From: Candidatus Dojkabacteria bacterium
Lineage (GTDB): Bacteria > Patescibacteriota > Dojkabacteria > SC72
Direction: 5' to 3'
NCBI GenBank assembly: GCA_012842045.1
Contig: DUTP01000003.1
Location: 130,532-194,531 of the forward strand
Length of the DNA stretch: 64,000 nt
Positions within the stretch are counted from its first letter, which is position 1. The number at the start of each line of letters is the position of its first letter. A model generated the notes under the pieces. That model did not search any database, was not told the origin of the DNA, and saw only the letters and a program-made list of their open reading frames with translations. The position numbers were made by a program, and so were the translations under genes. Of the stretch, positions 49,322-60,001 are shown piece after piece.

Positions 49322-50725
49322 ATGAAAAACATTTCAAGAACAAAAATCGTTGCTACAATTGGTCCTTCTACCTGGGGCGATGATATTCTGAAAAATATGT
49401 TCGAAGCAGGAATGAGAGTAGCTAGGATTAACGCTTCTTTTGCTGATTTTGCAGAGTTAACAAGAGTATCAAATCAAATTAGAAATATCTCTCCAAGAAT
49501 TGCACTGATCTTGGATACTCAAGGCACTAAGATTAGGGTAAAAGATTTAACAAAAGAGATTGATGTACAAGACACTTTAATTTTATCTTCTGTAGAGAAT
49601 CCAAATCCTAATGTTGTAAAGATAACATATCCTTCTTTACATGAAGATGTTGTTGTTGGAACAGAAATATTCCTAGATGATGGAAACATCCAATTAAAGG
49701 TCAGAGAGATTAAAGGTAAAAACGTTATCTGTGATGTAACTCAAGCAGGTATACTTAAACCAAATAAGACTGTAAATATTCCCGATGTTAATCTTAAGTT
49801 CCCTCTTCTTACAGAAAAAGATATTCAAGATATTAAATATGCAAAAGAACTAAAATTTGACTACGTATGTGCATCTTTTGTCAGAAACAAGAAAGATATG
49901 CTAGAAGTTAGAAAACTTTTGGAAGGTAGTAAAATTAAAATTATTGCAAAGATTGAGAATAGGGAAGGAGTAGCAAATTTTGATGAAATATTAGAAGAGG
50001 CTGATGCTATTATGGTAGCAAGAGGAGATATGGGAGTAGAATTACCACTTGAAGAAGTTCCTATTTTGCAAAAAGAGATGATTTACAAAGCTAGAGCCAT
50101 CGGTAAGCCCATTATTGTAGCTACACAGATGTTAGAATCTATGAGAGACAACAAGAGACCAACTAGAGCAGAAGTTTCTGATGTTGCAAACGCAGTAATG
50201 GATGGTGCTGATTGCCTTATGCTTTCAGCAGAGACATCCACCGGGAAATATCCCGTAGAAGCTGTTAAATATATGAATAAAATAGCATTAAGAACAGAGC
50301 AAGTTATGAAGCTCTCACCAATCGAAGGGGAGACAGAAGCAGGGAAAGAAGTAGACAGACTAGCATTGACTGCATGTAAATTCTCTACAGAAGTAGGCTA
50401 CAATGCTATCTTAATAGTTTCAGATTCTAAAGGTGTAGTAGGTAGTGTTAGTAGACATAGACCAAATATTCCAATATATGTAGCTAGTTCTTCGTTTGAA
50501 AGTATTAGAGAAAACATCCTATTTAGTGGAGTAAAAACACATTATATTAAAGAGCTATCCGATGATAGAGATAACAATATTAGGTTGGGGGTAGAAAAAA
50601 TATATGCCTCTGGGGAGTTGGAATTATTGGATAAAATTGCTATTATTAGCGGTAGCTCTATTAAAAACAAGAAATCTGACAGTATTTTAGAAATTATTAC
50701 TGTCAAAGATGTACTTGATTCTTAA
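49322..50725 (+). CDS. pyk: pyruvate kinase
   Basis: RTKIVATIGP, LDTQGTKIR, AKIEN, MVARGDMGVE, ATQMLESM, RAEVSDVANAV.DG. Confidence 0.96.
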   Translation: MKNISRTKIVATIGPSTWGDDILKNMFEAGMRVARINASFADFAELTRVSNQIRNISPRIALILDTQGTKIRVKDLTKEIDVQDTLILSSVENPNPNVVKITYPSLHEDVVVGTEIFLDDGNIQLKVREIKGKNVICDVTQAGILKPNKTVNIPDVNLKFPLLTEKDIQDIKYAKELKFDYVCASFVRNKKDMLEVRKLLEGSKIKIIAKIENREGVANFDEILEEADAIMVARGDMGVELPLEEVPILQKEMIYKARAIGKPIIVATQMLESMRDNKRPTRAEVSDVANAVMDGADCLMLSAETSTGKYPVEAVKYMNKIALRTEQVMKLSPIEGETEAGKEVDRLALTACKFSTEVGYNAILIVSDSKGVVGSVSRHRPNIPIYVASSSFESIRENILFSGVKTHYIKELSDDRDNNIRLGVEKIYASGELELLDKIAIISGSSIKNKKSDSILEIITVKDVLDS

Positions 50726-50798
50726 GGTGACGTAGCCAAGTTGGTTAAGGCCGTGGTCTGCAAAACCATTATCACGGGTTCGATTCCCGTCGTCACCT
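50726..50798 (+). tRNA. tRNA-Cys(GCA), CCA not encoded
   Basis: GGTGACG/CGTCACC acceptor, anticodon loop CTGCAAA, GTTCGATTC, U discriminator. Confidence 0.93.
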
Positions 50799-50841
50799 TA
50801 TTTTCAAAATCTTCTGTTTTTGATAAAATACTTATTACTAA

Positions 50842-50925
50842 GCAGGAATGGCGGAATAGGCAGACGCGCGGGACTTAAAATCCCGTTCTAGCAATAGAGT
50901 GAGAGTTCGATTCTCTCTTCCTGCA
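50842..50925 (+). tRNA. tRNA-Leu(TAA), CCA not encoded
   Basis: GCAGGAA/TTCCTGC acceptor, CGGGA-CTTAAAA-TCCCG, long variable arm. Confidence 0.93.
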
Positions 50926-50955
50926 TTTCACTATTAATCTCCCTAAATTACAACA

Positions 50956-52245
50956 CTACAAATACTCAGTAACAATTGGTCCTGCATTTTTAATTTCTGG
51001 TATAAATGTAGCTGTATTAGTTTTTAAATCAAATATACTGATACCTAAAACATTATAATCCATCATCCCTTCACAATCATTAGTACAATTCTCTATACTT
51101 GTAAAAACAACAGTGCTTTCATTAACCCAAAGAGGATCTAATCCTAAATCTGCAAGCTTTTCATTTTTTCCATTCTCATCATTATACAACCATACCTGTT
51201 TTGTAGGATAAACATTGTAAACTATTTTCTTTGTACCATACAAAACATTAGGTAGATAAGAAGCATCAACTACGCCATTAATCTTCTCAGATTTCTTTGT
51301 TTTGACATTATAGATATATAACCCATCACCTTTTTGATTTTCCTCATCGTAGCTTCGATAAACGATAAGTTCTGAATCCATCCACTGAGGCTGTGTTGCA
51401 TTTTCGATAACATCTTTCTTATCATTACTCAAATCATATACATGAACAGTAGGATCCATAATAGCTCTAGGAGAAGCTGTTGAAATCTGTAGAAGATATT
51501 TCTTATCTGGAGAGAATGCAACCTTACTACTATCTTCAACAAAACCACCTCGTCCAAATTCACCAGTCATAGTAATATCCTCTAACTTCTTTACAACACC
51601 ATTATTCTCATAAACTAAACTCCACTTATTACCATCAAAAAATGTATATGCAAACTTTGTTGCAGTTGCGAAAGTAGCTCCAGAGGAGTGCTCACTCTTA
51701 CCTAGTTTCTTCCTCTCCTCAACCTTCATAGTATCTGTATTCAATGTAAGTAGAGCACATCCATAGTCTCCTTCTATCGTAAGGCATCTGGTAAAGCCTA
51801 TCAGTTTTTCATCTATCACATTAGAAATACCAATATTAGCAGAGGTCTCCGAGTAAGATGTCAACTTTTTATTCTCTTTAGTAGTAATATCATAAGAAAA
51901 TATATTACCGTCCTTAACATAGAACAACTTGTTTAGAGCCTTTGTTTTTTTACTCGTGACAACTTTTTTCTCTACCACCTTTTCTTTTTCTCCCAACTCC
52001 TTCACTACAACTCCACCATCTTCATCAGCAACAATATCAACTTCTTTGTCCTGCTTAACGGACTTCATAATAAAGGCGTATGTACCTCCAACGACGAACA
52101 ACAAGCCAAGAATTACCAAAAGAACCACTAACCAAGTTTTAGGCTTGGGTTTTGCAGTCAATGTTGGAATACTAGGCTCTGTGTTTACACCTCCTTCATC
52201 AGCAACTGGGGGGACGGAAGAAACTTCAACACTTTGATTCTCCAT
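50956..52245 (-). CDS. membrane-anchored beta-propeller-like (TolB-like) protein
   Basis: N-terminal TM; FSPDKK and P.W repeats. Confidence 0.55.
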   Translation of the reverse strand: MENQSVEVSSVPPVADEGGVNTEPSIPTLTAKPKPKTWLVVLLVILGLLFVVGGTYAFIMKSVKQDKEVDIVADEDGGVVVKELGEKEKVVEKKVVTSKKTKALNKLFYVKDGNIFSYDITTKENKKLTSYSETSANIGISNVIDEKLIGFTRCLTIEGDYGCALLTLNTDTMKVEERKKLGKSEHSSGATFATATKFAYTFFDGNKWSLVYENNGVVKKLEDITMTGEFGRGGFVEDSSKVAFSPDKKYLLQISTASPRAIMDPTVHVYDLSNDKKDVIENATQPQWMDSELIVYRSYDEENQKGDGLYIYNVKTKKSEKINGVVDASYLPNVLYGTKKIVYNVYPTKQVWLYNDENGKNEKLADLGLDPLWVNESTVVFTSIENCTNDCEGMMDYNVLGISIFDLKTNTATFIPEIKNAGPIVTEYL

Positions 52246-52273
52246 ATAAATATTGTTAAAAATTTAAATAGAA

Positions 52274-52516
52274 CTAATCGACATCATCAAATTTATCGGG
52301 GTTACTATTCCCACACTTAGGACACTCTTTTATTTGCAACATACCCTCATAGACATAACCACAAACCATACACCTCCATCTTGACCAAATCACATCTAAA
52401 TCCTCTCTCTGCTCATTGGGGTTTTGTTTGTTGAACTCCATTGGTATATCAGTAGGTACAGAGTTCTGATTAGCCTGAGTGTTCTGAATTTTCTGATTAT
52501 TTAACATATCCGCCAT
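52274..52516 (-). CDS. small rubredoxin-like domain protein
   Basis: WRCMVCGYVYEG...ECPKCG...KF. Confidence 0.75.
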   Translation of the reverse strand: MADMLNNQKIQNTQANQNSVPTDIPMEFNKQNPNEQREDLDVIWSRWRCMVCGYVYEGMLQIKECPKCGNSNPDKFDDVD

Positions 52517-53099
52517 CTTTTACCTTTTCTAAAATCAACTTAAAAGTCTCACTCTCATTAATATGAGATGTATCTAAAACAATATCATTATATTTCTCTG
52601 GCTTGGAATACTCAACCTCATATAACTCCCAATACCTCTTTCCATCAGCTCTTCTCCTATTTGCAAGATTAAACAGAGTGGAAACATACAAAAATATCTT
52701 CTTGAAGAAAGGCAATTCTCCATGTTTACCAACTAATCTTTTTGCTCTAACAGGAAGAGATGACTCTAACCATATCTTCACTGTACACTCTATACCTTCC
52801 TTAGTAGCTATTGCTGCAAAGGCCTTGGAATCAAAAAGAACTCCCCTTTGCCTAGCTCTTTCTATCATATATTTATCAACTTCTCTATCAATATCAAAAA
52901 ACATCTCTGGAGTAGCTTTAAGGTAAAATTCTTCCAAACTCTTATATCCCAAAGCTTCAACCTTTTCCCTAAAAACACCACCAGCATAAACTCTCTCTAA
53001 GTCAAAATGTTCGGAAAGCATTTTAGCTATTGTACTAGCACCACTACTACCAGGACCTCCTACAACTATTAATAAATTCTCTTTCTTTAGATTCTTCAT
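52497..53099 (-). CDS. cytidylate kinase-like protein (archaeal-type Cmk)
   Basis: GGPGSSGAST P-loop, AGGVFR, IDREVD, RYWELY..YDIVLDTS. Confidence 0.75.
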   Translation of the reverse strand: MKNLKKENLLIVVGGPGSSGASTIAKMLSEHFDLERVYAGGVFREKVEALGYKSLEEFYLKATPEMFFDIDREVDKYMIERARQRGVLFDSKAFAAIATKEGIECTVKIWLESSLPVRAKRLVGKHGELPFFKKIFLYVSTLFNLANRRRADGKRYWELYEVEYSKPEKYNDIVLDTSHINESETFKLILEKVKDGGYVK

Positions 53100-53135
53100 A
53101 AATTCCTACATATATAGTATATTAATAGGAGGAAT

Positions 53136-54314
53136 ATGTCTAGTCTACTAAGAAAACAAAGAAAAAAGAAATTGACACCTGATATATATATTATCTACTT
53201 CACTATCCTAATGATGATTTTCGGTGCGATTATGATTTTTGACGCAAGCGTCTATATGGCAAATGCTACTAAAGGAGACTCTCTATATTACCTAAAACAA
53301 CAATTAATGTGGATTGGTGTTGGCTCTTTTCTGGCAATAATCCTCTACTTTTGGGATTACAGAAAACTAATGAAACTTTCACCTCTTTTCTTTGGCTTAG
53401 CTACTATACTCCTTGTATTAGTACTAATATTTGGGAAAGATATCAATGGCTCCAAAAGATGGTTTGAATTTGGTTTCTTTCCACGAATTCAGCCAGCCGA
53501 ATTCGCCAAACCTGCTTTCATTCTTTACCTGGCGAGCTGGATATCAGGGAATCCTTACTTCAAAGACCAATCGAAAAACCCATCAAAACAAGCGTTCTTT
53601 AAAACACTACTTAGTTTTCTAGCAATTGTAGGAATAATGGTAATTTTAATAGCTCTAGAGCCCGACTACGGTACTGCAGCTATTCTTACTTTTATCGCAT
53701 TGGCTATGTTCTTCTCTGCAAAGGACGGAAAGAATCATAGAAAATACTCCATAATTACCCTGATAACAACTATAGTACTTGGTTTTGGTGCTATGATGAT
53801 GAAGACTTACAGAAGAAAAAGAATTGGTACATATTTGCACCTTTTAAGAACAGGAGAAATAGCTGATGTTAGAGAAACTGGATATCAACTACATCAAATA
53901 TTAATAGGAATCGGTTCTGCTGGTTTCTTTGGTAAAGGATTTGGTCAATCAAGACAGAGATTTGGATATTTAGTAGAAAACACAGCTTTCACGGATTCTA
54001 TCTTTGCAGTAATACTAGAAGAGTTAGGTTTTTTAGGTGGATTAATATTAGTTGGTGTATGGATATTTTTCCTCTGGAGAGGATTTAAGGTTGCAAATAA
54101 CGCTCCTGATAAAGCAGGAAAAATATTAGCAATTGGTATTACAGTCTGGTTAACATTTCAAACATTTCTAAATATGTCAGCAAACGTAGGTCTAATACCA
54201 ATCACAGGAATACCTATACCTTTGTTATCTTATGGTGGTTCTAGTACAATTGCAACAATGATAGGGTTAGGAATGTTAATAAATATTAGTAAGTATTCTA
54301 AGAAAAATGCATAA
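53136..54314 (+). CDS. ftsW: SEDS peptidoglycan polymerase FtsW
   Basis: NGSKRW, IQPAEFAK, EPDYGT, TDSIFAVILEELG, LSYGGSS. Confidence 0.9.
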   Translation: MSSLLRKQRKKKLTPDIYIIYFTILMMIFGAIMIFDASVYMANATKGDSLYYLKQQLMWIGVGSFLAIILYFWDYRKLMKLSPLFFGLATILLVLVLIFGKDINGSKRWFEFGFFPRIQPAEFAKPAFILYLASWISGNPYFKDQSKNPSKQAFFKTLLSFLAIVGIMVILIALEPDYGTAAILTFIALAMFFSAKDGKNHRKYSIITLITTIVLGFGAMMMKTYRRKRIGTYLHLLRTGEIADVRETGYQLHQILIGIGSAGFFGKGFGQSRQRFGYLVENTAFTDSIFAVILEELGFLGGLILVGVWIFFLWRGFKVANNAPDKAGKILAIGITVWLTFQTFLNMSANVGLIPITGIPIPLLSYGGSSTIATMIGLGMLINISKYSKKNA

Positions 54315-55482
54315 AGAGCCAAAGAAAGTTTTAACAAAAAGAGTTGTGGTAACAGGAGGTGGTTCAGGAGGACATATTTCTTCTGCTAAAGCCATTATTA
54401 AAGAACTAGACGAAAGATATACACTAAATCCAAACAATTTCCTTTACATTGGAAGTGACCTAGGAACAGAGAAAGAGAAACCAGGGAATTCTCTTGAAAT
54501 GAGAGTTTTCGCAAATGAGAAGTTTGAAAAAAAATATATTAGAGGAGGAAAACTACAAAGATATTTCAATATGAGAACTATCTACCTCTTGTTTAGAACT
54601 ATACTCGGCTTCATTGATACATTTAAAATCTTCAGAATTTTCAAACCAGATATTGTAATATCAACAGGAGGTTTTGTATCGGTCCCTGTCTGTTTGGTAG
54701 CAAGACTGTTTAAAGCTGATATATATCTCCATGAACAGACAGCAAGTGTTGGTTTAACAAATAGGATTGTAGGGAAATTTGCAAAAAAGATATTCTTAGC
54801 ATACCCATTATCACAAGAGTATTTTCCAAAAGAAAGAACTATTTACACAGGTAATCCTGTTAGGAATGAAGTGTTTCAAGAGGGTGGCACTGGACCATTG
54901 GTAGAACAAGTTAGGAAGATGCTAGAAATCCAAGAAGAATATCCAATTATCTATGTTTCAGGAGGAAGCTTGGGGTCTCATCTCATTAATCAAGCTATAA
55001 AAGAGTCGCTAGTACCTTTACTACACGACTTTCAGATAATTTTACAAACAGGCGATAGTAAAGCTACAAATGATTACAATATCATGTGTTTAGAAAAAGA
55101 GAAATTGGAAGAGAGCTTTAAGGATAGATTTGTTGTAACAAAGTATGTTGATAATGACGCAATTGGCTTTGTTTTAAATAATACAGATTTCTTCCTAGGT
55201 AGGGCAGGTGCAAATACGGTATATGAAATGGGAGTTTTACAAATTCCTTCTATACTTATCCCAATACCATGGGTTACAAACAACGAACAACAAAAGAATG
55301 CCGAAGTACTAAAGAGTACTGGTTTAGCAACAATCATATCTGAAGCGGAATTAACACCCGAGAAATTACAGATGACTGTCAATCTATTTACCAGAAAAGA
55401 GTTAGATGTTAATTTAAAAAAGATAAAAGATATTTTCGTGCTTAACGCACAGAAGAAAATCGTAGATAATATTAATTTTTAA
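54307..55482 (+). CDS. murG: lipid II GlcNAc transferase
   Basis: TGGGSGGH, TGGFVSVP, HEQ, TGNPVR, GGSLGS, RAGANT..E, EQ..NA. Confidence 0.93.
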   Translation: MHKEPKKVLTKRVVVTGGGSGGHISSAKAIIKELDERYTLNPNNFLYIGSDLGTEKEKPGNSLEMRVFANEKFEKKYIRGGKLQRYFNMRTIYLLFRTILGFIDTFKIFRIFKPDIVISTGGFVSVPVCLVARLFKADIYLHEQTASVGLTNRIVGKFAKKIFLAYPLSQEYFPKERTIYTGNPVRNEVFQEGGTGPLVEQVRKMLEIQEEYPIIYVSGGSLGSHLINQAIKESLVPLLHDFQIILQTGDSKATNDYNIMCLEKEKLEESFKDRFVVTKYVDNDAIGFVLNNTDFFLGRAGANTVYEMGVLQIPSILIPIPWVTNNEQQKNAEVLKSTGLATIISEAELTPEKLQMTVNLFTRKELDVNLKKIKDIFVLNAQKKIVDNINF

Positions 55483-55488
55483 TAAAAT

Positions 55489-56781
55489 ATGTCAAATCTT
55501 TTAGTCAGAGGTGGAAATGTCTTAAGTGGTGAAATAACACCGGCAGGGAATAAAAACTCTGCTCTTCCGATTCTGTGTGCTTCTCTTTTAACAGATGAGG
55601 ATGTAACTATTCGTAACTTCCCTGATTTAACTGATGTGGAGAAACTAATCGAGCTTCTTTCTCAACTTGGTTCAAAAATTGATTGGAACAAAGAAGAGTG
55701 TGTTCTTAAAATTAACAACAGTGAATTTAAGAAAGAATTTGGCGACGAAGGATTCCCCATGGGTATGAGAGGATCCATCCTTCTACTTGGTCCTCTTGCA
55801 ACTAGAATGGAACATATTGAGGTGAGAAAAGAAATTGGTGGGTGTACTCTTGGTATTAGAGAACTAGATCCACACCTAGAGATTCTACAAGGATTAGGTG
55901 CAGAGATAATAGATGGAGAAAAGTTAAGTATTAACACCTCAAAAGGACTAAAAGCAACCACTCTTTGGCAGGATTACATGAGTGTAACAACTACAGAAAA
56001 CTTCGCTATGGCAGCTAGCAAGGCGGATGGCACATCCATAATGACAAATGCAGCATCAGAACCACATGTACAAGACCTATGTAATTTCCTAGTTAGCATG
56101 GGGGCAAAGATAAAGGGAATAGGGACATCGACATTAGAAGTTACAGGTGTAGATAAATTGCATGGTACTGATTTTACAATTTCTTCTGACCATCATGAGA
56201 TAACAACATTACTTGCACTTGGAGCTATGACAGGAGGAAATATTAAAGTTAAAAATGCAGTACCCGAACACTTCCCGTTAATAGTTAAAACATTTAAAAA
56301 ATTTGGAGTTAATGTTAAGTATTCAGGTAACGATGCTTACATCGAAGGAGGAGATGAATTAAGAATCTTAGAGCCTTACACAAAAAACATGCTTCAAAAG
56401 GTTGAAGCTGCTCCATGGCCATACTTCCCAACGGATCTCCTACCATTAATGATAGCATTAGCAGTGAAATCAGATGGCAATATTATGTTCTGGAACAAAC
56501 TCTACGAAGGAGGACTTTTCTGGATTACAGAGATGATAAAGTTTGGAGCACATATTGTAATGTGTGATCCACATAGAATAATTGTATTTGGTAACAAACC
56601 TCTTCAACCAGCTACAGTTGATAGCCCTAATATCATTCGAGCAACTGTTGCATTAATGATGGTTGCACTTACAATAGAAGGGGAGAGTGTTATCAGAAAT
56701 GCAGATTCAATTAAAAGGGCTCACCCAAACTTTGTAGAAAACTTACAAAAACTAGGTGCTGATATCTCTTGGGTTGATTAA
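55489..56781 (+). CDS. murA: UDP-N-acetylglucosamine 1-carboxyvinyltransferase
   Basis: GNKNSALP, GGCTLGIR, SVTTTEN, NAASEPHV, FPTDL. Confidence 0.93.
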   Translation: MSNLLVRGGNVLSGEITPAGNKNSALPILCASLLTDEDVTIRNFPDLTDVEKLIELLSQLGSKIDWNKEECVLKINNSEFKKEFGDEGFPMGMRGSILLLGPLATRMEHIEVRKEIGGCTLGIRELDPHLEILQGLGAEIIDGEKLSINTSKGLKATTLWQDYMSVTTTENFAMAASKADGTSIMTNAASEPHVQDLCNFLVSMGAKIKGIGTSTLEVTGVDKLHGTDFTISSDHHEITTLLALGAMTGGNIKVKNAVPEHFPLIVKTFKKFGVNVKYSGNDAYIEGGDELRILEPYTKNMLQKVEAAPWPYFPTDLLPLMIALAVKSDGNIMFWNKLYEGGLFWITEMIKFGAHIVMCDPHRIIVFGNKPLQPATVDSPNIIRATVALMMVALTIEGESVIRNADSIKRAHPNFVENLQKLGADISWVD

Positions 56782-58157
56782 AACACTCCTAGCTTTTTAA
56801 GAAAATCTGGAACTTGATACAAACCTAAAGAATGACTACCTTTAAGTAGGATAGCAACTTTCTTGCCACCTAAGCCTGCAAGCTTTGTGTTTAGCATAGC
56901 AGCAGCTTCATCAGCTGACTCTAACTCCTTAGCATCTTTAAACTTATCTATATTTTCCCCAATATAGTACAACTCATTAAAATTCTTGCTCTCTACTAAC
57001 TTTGCAATCTCTTCATGTCTCTCATCAGAAACATCACCTAATTCTTTCATATCTCCTAATATTGCAATTGTATAATATCCATCTTTATACAAATCACTAA
57101 AGGTATCTAAAGCCATCTCCATCGATGTAGGATTAGCATTGTATGCATCGTTGATAATAGTAATGTCTCCATATTCTAACTTCTCAAATCTAGCATTCTT
57201 TGACACATAATTAGCAATATCCTTCACACAATTATCTATACTTACTCCTAAATCATTAGCAACTATAATTGCTGCCATTGCATTGTATACATAACCTTCT
57301 CCGTAAACTTTCAAAGAAACATCAACCAGATTATCGTGATAGTATCTAAACTTAAAATGAGTACCTTCATGATCTACAGAGATATCTTCTATCTGGTATT
57401 CTGCTGAAGAGTCCTTACCAAATGTTATTAATTCAGAGTCTTTATTATAATTTTCTGCAATATGCTTAAGCCTAGAATCATCAATATTTAACACTAAGGG
57501 CTTACCAGTCCTCTCCATATAGTCGGCAAGATCTTTTTTCTCTTGAAAAATATCATCTATAGAACCAACTTTCTCTGCATGTACATCTCCAACATTTAGT
57601 AACACACCATAATCAGGGTCTACTGACATCACATGCCAAGCAATCTCTCCCTTTCTATCCATACCACACTCTAAAACAATTACATCTTCACCATTATAAT
57701 TACCTAACAATACAGCATTACCCCATACTGTATTGTACCTATCTGCTGATAGAACACTCATGTGATTTTTTAGAATAGAAACCAACATCTCTTTTGTTGT
57801 TGTTTTACCAGTACTACCAGTAATTGCTACAACTGGATTTTTAATATAACCAATAGAGTAGTTTAGAACTTTCTTTAAACCTTCCTCTATACTATCAACT
57901 AAAATAACTGGCTTTGTTACATCCTCTATATACTTAACTTTAGACTTCTCACATAAAGCAACAGAACCACCAGCTCGAAGAGCTTCTGCTATGAAAGCAT
58001 GACCATCGAACCTCTCTCCAACTATTGGTATATATAAATCTCCTTCATTAATTTCTCTTGAATCATGGGAAAAACCTGTGAAGTAGGCTTTTTCATCATT
58101 ATTCCGAATCTCAAATTCAGGGAATCTTTCTAATAACTCACTTAAAAAAATCTTCAT
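56778..58157 (-). CDS. murF: UDP-MurNAc-tripeptide--D-Ala-D-Ala ligase
   Basis: DSR, GERFDGH, AITGSTGKTTTKE, INDAYNANP.SM, LGDMKELG, LKGS; start refined to ATG 58157. Confidence 0.92.
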   Translation of the reverse strand: MKIFLSELLERFPEFEIRNNDEKAYFTGFSHDSREINEGDLYIPIVGERFDGHAFIAEALRAGGSVALCEKSKVKYIEDVTKPVILVDSIEEGLKKVLNYSIGYIKNPVVAITGSTGKTTTKEMLVSILKNHMSVLSADRYNTVWGNAVLLGNYNGEDVIVLECGMDRKGEIAWHVMSVDPDYGVLLNVGDVHAEKVGSIDDIFQEKKDLADYMERTGKPLVLNIDDSRLKHIAENYNKDSELITFGKDSSAEYQIEDISVDHEGTHFKFRYYHDNLVDVSLKVYGEGYVYNAMAAIIVANDLGVSIDNCVKDIANYVSKNARFEKLEYGDITIINDAYNANPTSMEMALDTFSDLYKDGYYTIAILGDMKELGDVSDERHEEIAKLVESKNFNELYYIGENIDKFKDAKELESADEAAAMLNTKLAGLGGKKVAILLKGSHSLGLYQVPDFLKKLGVF

Positions 58158-58280
58158 ATTGATAAGACTAATTTTATCTAAATACAATATATGTATTCTA
58201 GTTAGATTTTTCAAGCTAGACAGTGATCTTCAAGATGTTATGGCCTAGAGAATTATATCTAAGCTTATAATGTTTTTCTC

Positions 58281-58334
58281 TTGACTGTTTTAATAGTTAC
58301 AAGTACACTGGTGGCAGGAAGTGGAAGAAAGTGG
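58281..58334 (+). promoter_or_regulatory. mraZ promoter with MraZ-binding direct repeats
   Basis: TTGACT-17-TACACT followed by GTGG at 58311, 58321, 58331 (10-bp period). Confidence 0.75.
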
Positions 58335-58356
58335 TGAAAGATGATAGAATAAAAAT

Positions 58357-58800
58357 ATGATAATTGGAGAATACAAAAGTAAAGTTGGAGAAAAGAAAAG
58401 AGTCTCACTTCCTGCAAAGTTTAGAGAGGAGATAGGTGAAGACCTAATCCTCACAAGAGGATATGAAGATGCCCTCATACTAGTAAATAAAAGTATGTGG
58501 GAAAGAGTAGCAAAGGATGTAATGGATGGCTCTTTTACAGATAAAAATATTAGAGATACTAGTAGATTCTTAGTAGGAAGTGCAAAAGAGGTACAAATGG
58601 ACTCACAAGGAAGATTTGTAATACCTGAAGCTCTCTTTAAACACGCACAACTAGGAGAGAATATCACCTTTATTGGTTTAATTAACTGGATTGAAATCTG
58701 GGATACAGAGAAGTGGCAGAAGAGAGTAGAGTACTTACAAAAACATGGTGATGAAATAGCACAAGAGATTAGTAAAATGTCAAAAAACAACAATGGATAA
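58357..58800 (+). CDS. mraZ: transcriptional regulator MraZ
   Basis: GEY...K.RVSLPAKFR, DSQGRFVIP, IEIWD. Confidence 0.93.
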   Translation: MIIGEYKSKVGEKKRVSLPAKFREEIGEDLILTRGYEDALILVNKSMWERVAKDVMDGSFTDKNIRDTSRFLVGSAKEVQMDSQGRFVIPEALFKHAQLGENITFIGLINWIEIWDTEKWQKRVEYLQKHGDEIAQEISKMSKNNNG

Positions 58801-59689
58801 GATACATACACCAGTACTACTACAAGAATCAATTGATTCACTAGATATTAAAGAAGATGGCTTTTACATAGATGGTACTCTTGGTGATGGAGGACATAGT
58901 TTTGAGATTTTAAAGAAACTCTCTAAAGATGGTCTACTTATCAGCATTGACCAAGATCAATATGCAATTGATTTTGTTAAAGAATACTACAAGGATTACC
59001 TCTCCAAAAACTGGATAATTGTAAAATCCAACTTCTCAAAGATAGACCAAGTTGTTAAAGAATTTGCAGATGGAAGAAAACCAAATGGAATACTACTAGA
59101 CATTGGACTCTCTTCAAGACAGTTAGAATCCTCTCATGACAGAGGTTTTAGCTACCTAGAATCTCAAGAACCTTTAGATATGAGAATGGATACTTCTCTT
59201 GGTGTAAGTGCAAAAGACATTCTAAATGTCTTCTCAGAAAAAGAACTAGCAACTATCTTTCTAAAGTATGGAGAAGAGAGATATGCAAAGAGAATAGCCA
59301 AAATGATTAAAGAAAACATCTCTAATATAAATACAGTTGGAGACCTTACAAGACTTATCTATAAAGCAGTACCGGCTGCAGATAGCTCAACTAATAAGAA
59401 CCCTTCTCGCAGGGTCTTTCAGGCCCTGCGAATCGTGGTAAACGATGAGTTGAGTAGCTTGCAGACAGCATTAGATAAATCTTTTGAGGTCTTAGAAAAA
59501 AATGGAAGACTATCAGTAATTACATTCCATTCATTAGAAGACCGAATACTAAAACAATTTAATAAAGAAAAATCGGGAAGTGGAGAGGGGAGATTGCTTT
59601 TTCAAAAATACATTGCCCCAACCGATGAAGAGAAAAAAATAAATCCTCGCTCCACTTCTGCTAAGTTAAGAACATTAATTAAAAACTAG
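58793..59689 (+). CDS. rsmH: 16S rRNA m4C1402 methyltransferase
   Basis: HTPVLL.E, DGTLG.GGH, DIGLSS.QL, RGFS, PLDMRMD, FQALRI.VN.EL, FHSLEDR, NPRS.SAKLR. Confidence 0.96.
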   Translation: MDKIHTPVLLQESIDSLDIKEDGFYIDGTLGDGGHSFEILKKLSKDGLLISIDQDQYAIDFVKEYYKDYLSKNWIIVKSNFSKIDQVVKEFADGRKPNGILLDIGLSSRQLESSHDRGFSYLESQEPLDMRMDTSLGVSAKDILNVFSEKELATIFLKYGEERYAKRIAKMIKENISNINTVGDLTRLIYKAVPAADSSTNKNPSRRVFQALRIVVNDELSSLQTALDKSFEVLEKNGRLSVITFHSLEDRILKQFNKEKSGSGEGRLLFQKYIAPTDEEKKINPRSTSAKLRTLIKN

Positions 59690-59692
59690 AAA

Positions 59693-59998
59693 ATGAAAAT
59701 CTTACAGAAAGCACTACACAATATACCAGCCACTATATTCACCCTAGCAATCATTGCCTTTGTTGTTTGTCAATTAGTCATTAACTCAATACTTGCTCCT
59801 CTTGGTAGTGAACTTCAAAGTCTTAATAGTGAAAAGAACTACCTTGTAGAAGAGAACAGACAGATGGAGGAGAAAATGGCAAAAACAGACTCCATTACCG
59901 CAATACAAAAATTATCAGAAAAAAGTCTTTCTATCTCACCATCAAAAAAGAAAACTGTTGTCTACTTACAAGAAGCAAGTATCGTTGCAAATAAATAG
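59693..59998 (+). CDS. FtsL-like cell division protein
   Basis: Single TM plus coiled coil, located between rsmH and PBP. Confidence 0.65.
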   Translation: MKILQKALHNIPATIFTLAIIAFVVCQLVINSILAPLGSELQSLNSEKNYLVEENRQMEEKMAKTDSITAIQKLSEKSLSISPSKKKTVVYLQEASIVANK

Positions 59999-60001
59999 GA
60001 T

